A stretch of 64,000 nucleotides of DNA, from positions 23,250,001 through 23,314,000 of the forward strand of contig CM022672.1 in NCBI GenBank assembly GCA_012295275.1. The letters run 5' to 3'. Positions within the stretch are counted from its first letter, which is position 1. Every line of letters begins with the position of its first letter. Of the stretch, positions 60,562 through 64,000 are shown in pieces. A program made the position numbers and the translations under genes. The DNA is from Chrysomallon squamiferum. Lineage: Eukaryota; Animalia; Mollusca. The notes under the pieces are model-generated. The model was not told the origin of the DNA, searched no databases, and saw only the letters and a program-made list of their open reading frames with translations.

Positions 60562-61123
60562 ATGATGAGAATTATTATCCTACTCCTGGCATGTCTGTCC
60601 ATGACACTTGCCTTTAAAAGTTATGGCCACGGAGGTGTCGGCGTTGGTGTGGGAGTTGGAGTCGGAGTCGGCGGTGGTGTTGGCGTTGGTATGGGTGCTG
60701 GAGGCGTAGGCATGGGTATGGGTATGGGCGTGGGCAATGCCCGTCGCTAGCTACAGCGTGATGCCTGTCTACAGTGGTTACGGAATGGGACTTGGCTATG
60801 GCGGAGGTTACGGAATGGGACTTGGCTATGGCGGAGGTTACGGCATGGGACTGGGATATGGAGGTTACGGCATGGGTATGGGATACGGAGGTTACGGAGG
60901 TTACGGCATGGGACTCGGCCTTGGAATGGGCATGGGCTATGGAGGAGGATACGGAGTCGGAATTGGAATGGGCATGGGCATGGGAGGATACGGCTTGGGT
61001 ATGGGCTACGGAGGAGGATACGGAGGATATGGAGGATACGGAGGATACGGCATGGGATACGGAATGCCCGTCGGAGGTGTTGGCGTTGGTGTGGCTGTTG
61101 GAGGCAGCGGCTACGGAAAATAA
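60562..61123 (+). pseudogene. Gene 10: paralog of gene 8 with a single frameshift at ~60732-60735 (young pseudogene/null allele or sequence error); ~186 aa if repaired, SGYGK tail
   Basis: ORFs 60562-60750 and 60737-61123 join into a gene-8-like protein by a -1 or +2 nt correction in GTGGGCAATG. Predicted introns 59906-60553 and 61134-61564. Confidence 0.8.
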
Positions 61124-64000
61124 ATATTTGCTAGTAAGTAGAAGTTTTAGATTGGAATTTATAGGTTTCGTTTTCTTGTTTCGTTACTTTTATTTGTTTC
61201 TGACTTTCTGTTCTTATTCTTTTCATTTCAACAGTAATTAATTTTTCCTTCTTTTTTTTTTTTTTTTTTACATAGTCTTCCATTTATCTTTCTCTCTGTC
61301 TGTCTGTCTTTCTATTAGTCTGTTTATCTAACCAGTTATTTCCGTATATTCTCGTGCATAAGAAAAGATACATTTTATTTTATTTTTTCTGTTTTTCTGT
61401 TTTTATTTTTTTATTTTTTATATTTCAGAACAGCATAACTTTACAACTTTTCGTTACTTTTCTATTATTCTTATTAATAAAACAACAAGATTTGTTTTCT
61501 ATAAAAACGTTTTAATGTTTAAATATCAAGTATCTTGAATGTTTCTTTTTATATTTTTTAACAGCTACTGGGGTTTAAACGTAGACCGACATGATACCGG
61601 TGACACCCTTCAGTTGATTCCCAAGATGTTTTTACAGCACTTATTATGAGTGTAATTAAAATTTGCATTAAAAAAAGAGAAAAATTGTTTTTTATTTTTT
61701 CTGAAAAATAAATAATGAATGCAAATAGCGAAAACAGAGATTTTAGTGAAGAAAAAAAAAATTCTACAATGAAAAAGGAAAAAGCAAAAGCGAAAAAAAC
61801 AAATTGAAAGAGGAAATTCAGAAAAAAATCTTTAAAAGAAAATATCTATAATATTATCTTGTGATAAAAAAGACTTATAAATTACTTTAAGATATCTTGT
61901 CCAAAACGCGTTAAGCATTTATTCCAAAGGGAAAAAACAAATAATAAAGATAATGCAAATGCAAGGTGGTAGGGTAATTATTTATTGAGGCATGGAACGA
62001 AACTGTAATGTATTATACAAAGCGAAATTTCGAAATTATAAGAAAAGAAAAACCGTCGGGTTTTGGAAGAGATCTCTGATGAAGAAGTCTTTATGCCATT
62101 TGCTATACTAATATATAATCTTCACGTCAAACTTTGTTATTTCTAACAACAGTATCAAAGAATATGTGTCATTAGTGCTTTGATCACAAATATATATATA
62201 TAAACATGTAAAATGAACTTAACACTATTTCTTTTGGAAGCAAAATATTTATGAGAGGGTGACAAAGAAATGAACAGATGATTTAATTTTGACATATTAT
62301 GTGATGTAAAAGGAAGTCTCTATTCCTCAGGGGAGCAGTGTTTAGTGTTTAGGAGTTTTCTAACTTTATTTAAACTTTAGGAAACTTAATCCTATTTAAA
62401 AACTTAATATTTAAAGTAAACAGGAAACAGGATGCTCATTCAAAATGTCAAAAATTGTTCATAGATTAAAATATACCGGTCTATTTTATATATTTAAACC
62501 AAATATTAGATTTGAGAATTTGGTTTGTGTCCAAACATATTACTTTAATGTGATGTACGGCCGATGATTTGTTTTTAAAGCACAAAGCACATTACCTATT
62601 ATATAGACAGTATTAGATCACTGTGTATCAGCTAGAACTTTTAACAAGCAAATGCAGCGGAATGTCATTACAATCCAAAACGGTTATTACAATTGATCCG
62701 AGAAACTAAATAGCTGCAAGAAATCCTGGGTATTTTTAGATATTCCTCATAAAAAAATAAAAAATAAAAAATAAATAAAAAATAAAAAATAAAAATAGGT
62801 GTCATGACATGAAATAGTTAGTAGTTGTTATATAACTAATTAGGATGAATTTCAGACATCCTGTATTAAAGACTGTAGTTACTATATGGTCTTTTTACTC
62901 CAGAAATTTACAATATTGTACAACCATTTTTCCCACTGCTTTAGGCAGTGCTTCACTAATGGTTTGACAGACTTCTACCTGTGTCCCTGGCGAGAACAGG
63001 ACATGGTGCTGGCTGGAATAATTCATTCTGTTATCACTTGTAGATATTAACACATTCATGTTGAAATGACGATAATTCCTGCAGCATTCATTTCAGTTTC
63101 CACTTACCTCCCTTCTTCGTATAACGATGACTTTGTTTTTCCGATAAACGACTATTGAGAGTGGATGGTACTCGGAATGGTATATAACTGATTATTAGAC
63201 TACATTATCGAGTTTATCACAGATAGTATGGGTTTAAAGTACGAAACATTTCAATATTAACTCGAATAAATTTGTGGATTGAAAGAAACAAACAACAACA
63301 ACAATACATCCACAACTACCACCACCACCGCCGCTGCTGCTGACGATGCTAACACATTGAGCGAATAAATATATATTTCCCATATGTCTAAAACACCATG
63401 CACAGCTAGAGACTTAAGCAAATGTTAAATGTAATTAAACGATTAAATTAAGAAAATATTACTGTAAATGAACTTAATACCGGCTGATTCAGTTTATTCA
63501 AATTATTTAATGTAAATTAAATTAATTTCAAATGCCAGTCTTGCTTTTTTCCGGTATAAAAGAGGTTCCGGACCATCAAAATTTACCACCAATACTACTG
63601 CTACTTCTACTTCTACTATTACTACTACTACTACTGCCACGACTACTGCAGCTACTGCTAATACTACTACTAGGACTAAGACTACTAATAACAGGAGTAA
63701 TATTGATAACAAAATAAATCAATCAATCAATCAAAAGCAACAACAACAACAAAAAAGAAACAATAAAAACAGTCGAATGTGCAAATTTTATTCGTAATTC
63801 GGAAATAAAAAGAAATTCCTTCAAAGTCCATGTCGATAGTCTTGGTGTGTTCTTCTATCTGATTGAAATTATAAATTAAATTAAATGAAGAAAGACAAAC
63901 ATATATGCACATAAACATACACACATTCATATCTACATGCATAAATAAACATATACATATATACATACATATACATTGAGAGAGAGAGAGAGAGAGAGAG

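Noticed and set aside
62415-63580. Possible further promoter (AAACAGGAAAC at ~62418; TATAAAAG at 63555)
   Set aside because: Neither site has the ATCNATCAAA-TATA spacing or a following splice donor, and no family CDS follows within the window.

Overview
AT-rich, microsatellite-dense eukaryotic (invertebrate animal) genomic DNA; a mollusc-like lophotrochozoan is a tentative inference only. The window is dominated by a tandem cluster of ten paralogous genes (9 on +, 1 on -; one frameshifted) plus one truncated relic, all encoding small secreted Gly/Tyr/Leu/Met/Val-rich low-complexity structural proteins that share the signal peptide MMKxIILxLACLS. All ten share one architecture: a GGAA + ATC(C/G/A)ATCAAA motif about 26 bp upstream of a TATA box, a short non-coding exon 1, the whole CDS in exon 2, and a 3'UTR intron starting 0-34 nt after the stop codon. 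Three subfamilies are defined jointly by C-terminal tail (HHxYY, YGK, Gly/Leu) and 3' intron position. The cluster shows a large inverted duplication (genes 4/5), a ~10 kb two-gene tandem duplication (genes 7-8 / 9-10), a ~1.1 kb-unit tandem array, a mosaic intron, LINE relics and a hAT MITE with an 8-bp TSD. I cannot assign the family to a named gene. Splice sites are predicted from motifs and paralog conservation, not from transcripts.
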